A model generated the notes under the pieces. The model did no database searches. It was not told the origin of the DNA and was given only the letters and a program-made list of their open reading frames with translations. Position numbers and translations under genes: made by a program. Below, piece by piece: positions 62,900 to 64,000 of a stretch of DNA of 64,000 nt; the first letter of the stretch is position 1, and each line of letters begins with the position of its first letter. Source of the DNA: Octopus bimaculoides (Eukaryota); assembly GCF_001194135.2 (NCBI RefSeq), contig NC_068985.1:122628906-122692905 (forward strand), in the 5' to 3' direction.

Positions 62900-64000
62900 C
62901 AACCCCTTTCCCCTCAAGGGAGTTGGAAAAGTGACATCGCCAGAGCTGTATGAGGTTTCTCATTAACAATCAAAGGGCCGCTGAAAGTGACTGGGCCATT
63001 AAAAAAATTTTCAGACCGTCCCTAAATCTTTTCATTCGTAAAAAGAAGAAAATGGGACAAATATAGGGCCACTTTTTCGTCTTATGGTCAACTGATTGAT
63101 GAAGACGTGAACACGATATCCTTCCGAACGATGTATAGATTAGGTGAAGATTCTACTGAATATTGCTCTGTTTTCAGTGATCCTGATGCAGTTGACTTAA
63201 GTAGTATCGATGAAGTAAATCCTCGGCATATTTTCTCTGACATACCTCTCAGCACTGCAGACATCAATATGCCAATTAATAGGAATACTCTCAATTCTGT
63301 TGTAAGCTTTGAACCACGCTGGTGTTTTGGAGTGCGGGCTTCAGCTTTGCATCTCATTTTACTAATCTCTGAAAGGAATCGCTGGACTCTAAATGCTACT
63401 TCTGAACACTTTTCTGTCGCGGTATCATTCTAGTTTTTAAAAAGAGGAATAAATCGCCCACAGTAAATTAATCTGAGGTCTCATATCATTAAAGTATTCA
63501 AGAAGATAGTGAAACCCAACATAACTGCCTACCTAGAGAAAAGTCATCTCATGTTTCCGATCAATATGGGCTCTCGTGTTATAGCTTCTATTCTACTTTT
63601 AATGGTATCCTAACTGCTCAGGGACAGGGCTCTGATACACAGATCTCATTTACATTGTCTTCAGCAAAGTTTTCGACAGAGTTCCGAAGAATCATGCAGA
63701 GGAAACCATCCGACATTGGAAACGGTGGAAAGCTACTGCAGTGGGTTAAATGTCTCCTAACAAACAGGATCCATTGTGTTGTGACCGATGCAATCTATTC
63801 ATGATCAGCAAACGTCATTAGTGGTGTCCACCAGGGTATAGCACTGAGTCCGCTTGTGCTTATTATTTACAAAAATAACATTGCAAATGTTATCAAGCAG
63901 TAAAATAAGAATCTTTGCTTTTTTGCAGATGACTAAGTTCCAGAGAGCCATCAAGGGAGTATATAGCGGAAGAGAACTTCAATCCAGTCTATATGCAGCG
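62900..64000 (+). mobile_element. Degenerate non-LTR retrotransposon (L2/CR1-group) linker + RT, runs off the window
   Basis: Broken frames: IGPL, EYCSVFSDP, SHIIKVFKKIV...YLE, SKVFDRVP, GGKLLQWVKCLLTNR, ISGVHQGIALSPLV and ADD. Confidence 0.75.

Overview
AT-rich, microsatellite- and retroposon-dense animal genomic DNA with nine assembly gaps. The repeat families match those I know from octopus (coleoid cephalopod) genomes; the species call is an inference. The only protein-coding exon I can recognise is the first coding exon of a cAMP-dependent protein kinase type II regulatory subunit (PKA-RII, RIIa dimerisation/docking domain; minus strand, 57093-56850). It ends at a canonical GTAAG donor, and I see no further PKA-R exon, so most of the window is probably one very long intron. 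A candidate upstream UTR exon and a motif-rich promoter-like segment (~61.4-61.55 kb) lie on the 5' side. The rest is transposon debris: two near-full-length dead mariners, Tc1 and maT-like fragments, L2/CR1-type and RTE LINE pieces (RTE 3' UTRs carry a 66-bp VNTR), several tRNA-derived SINE families, MITE-like foldbacks and a decayed tRNA-Glu. The most notable observations are (i) a ~500-bp foldback at 16.4-16.9 kb whose two arms each carry a minimal Penelope-type hammerhead ribozyme motif, (ii) a tRNA-headed SINE at 10.1-10.4 kb containing a decayed hammerhead, an inverted tail and a target-site duplication, and (iii) an abrupt ~5-fold step in CpG density at ~42 kb. All calls were made by eye without database searches.
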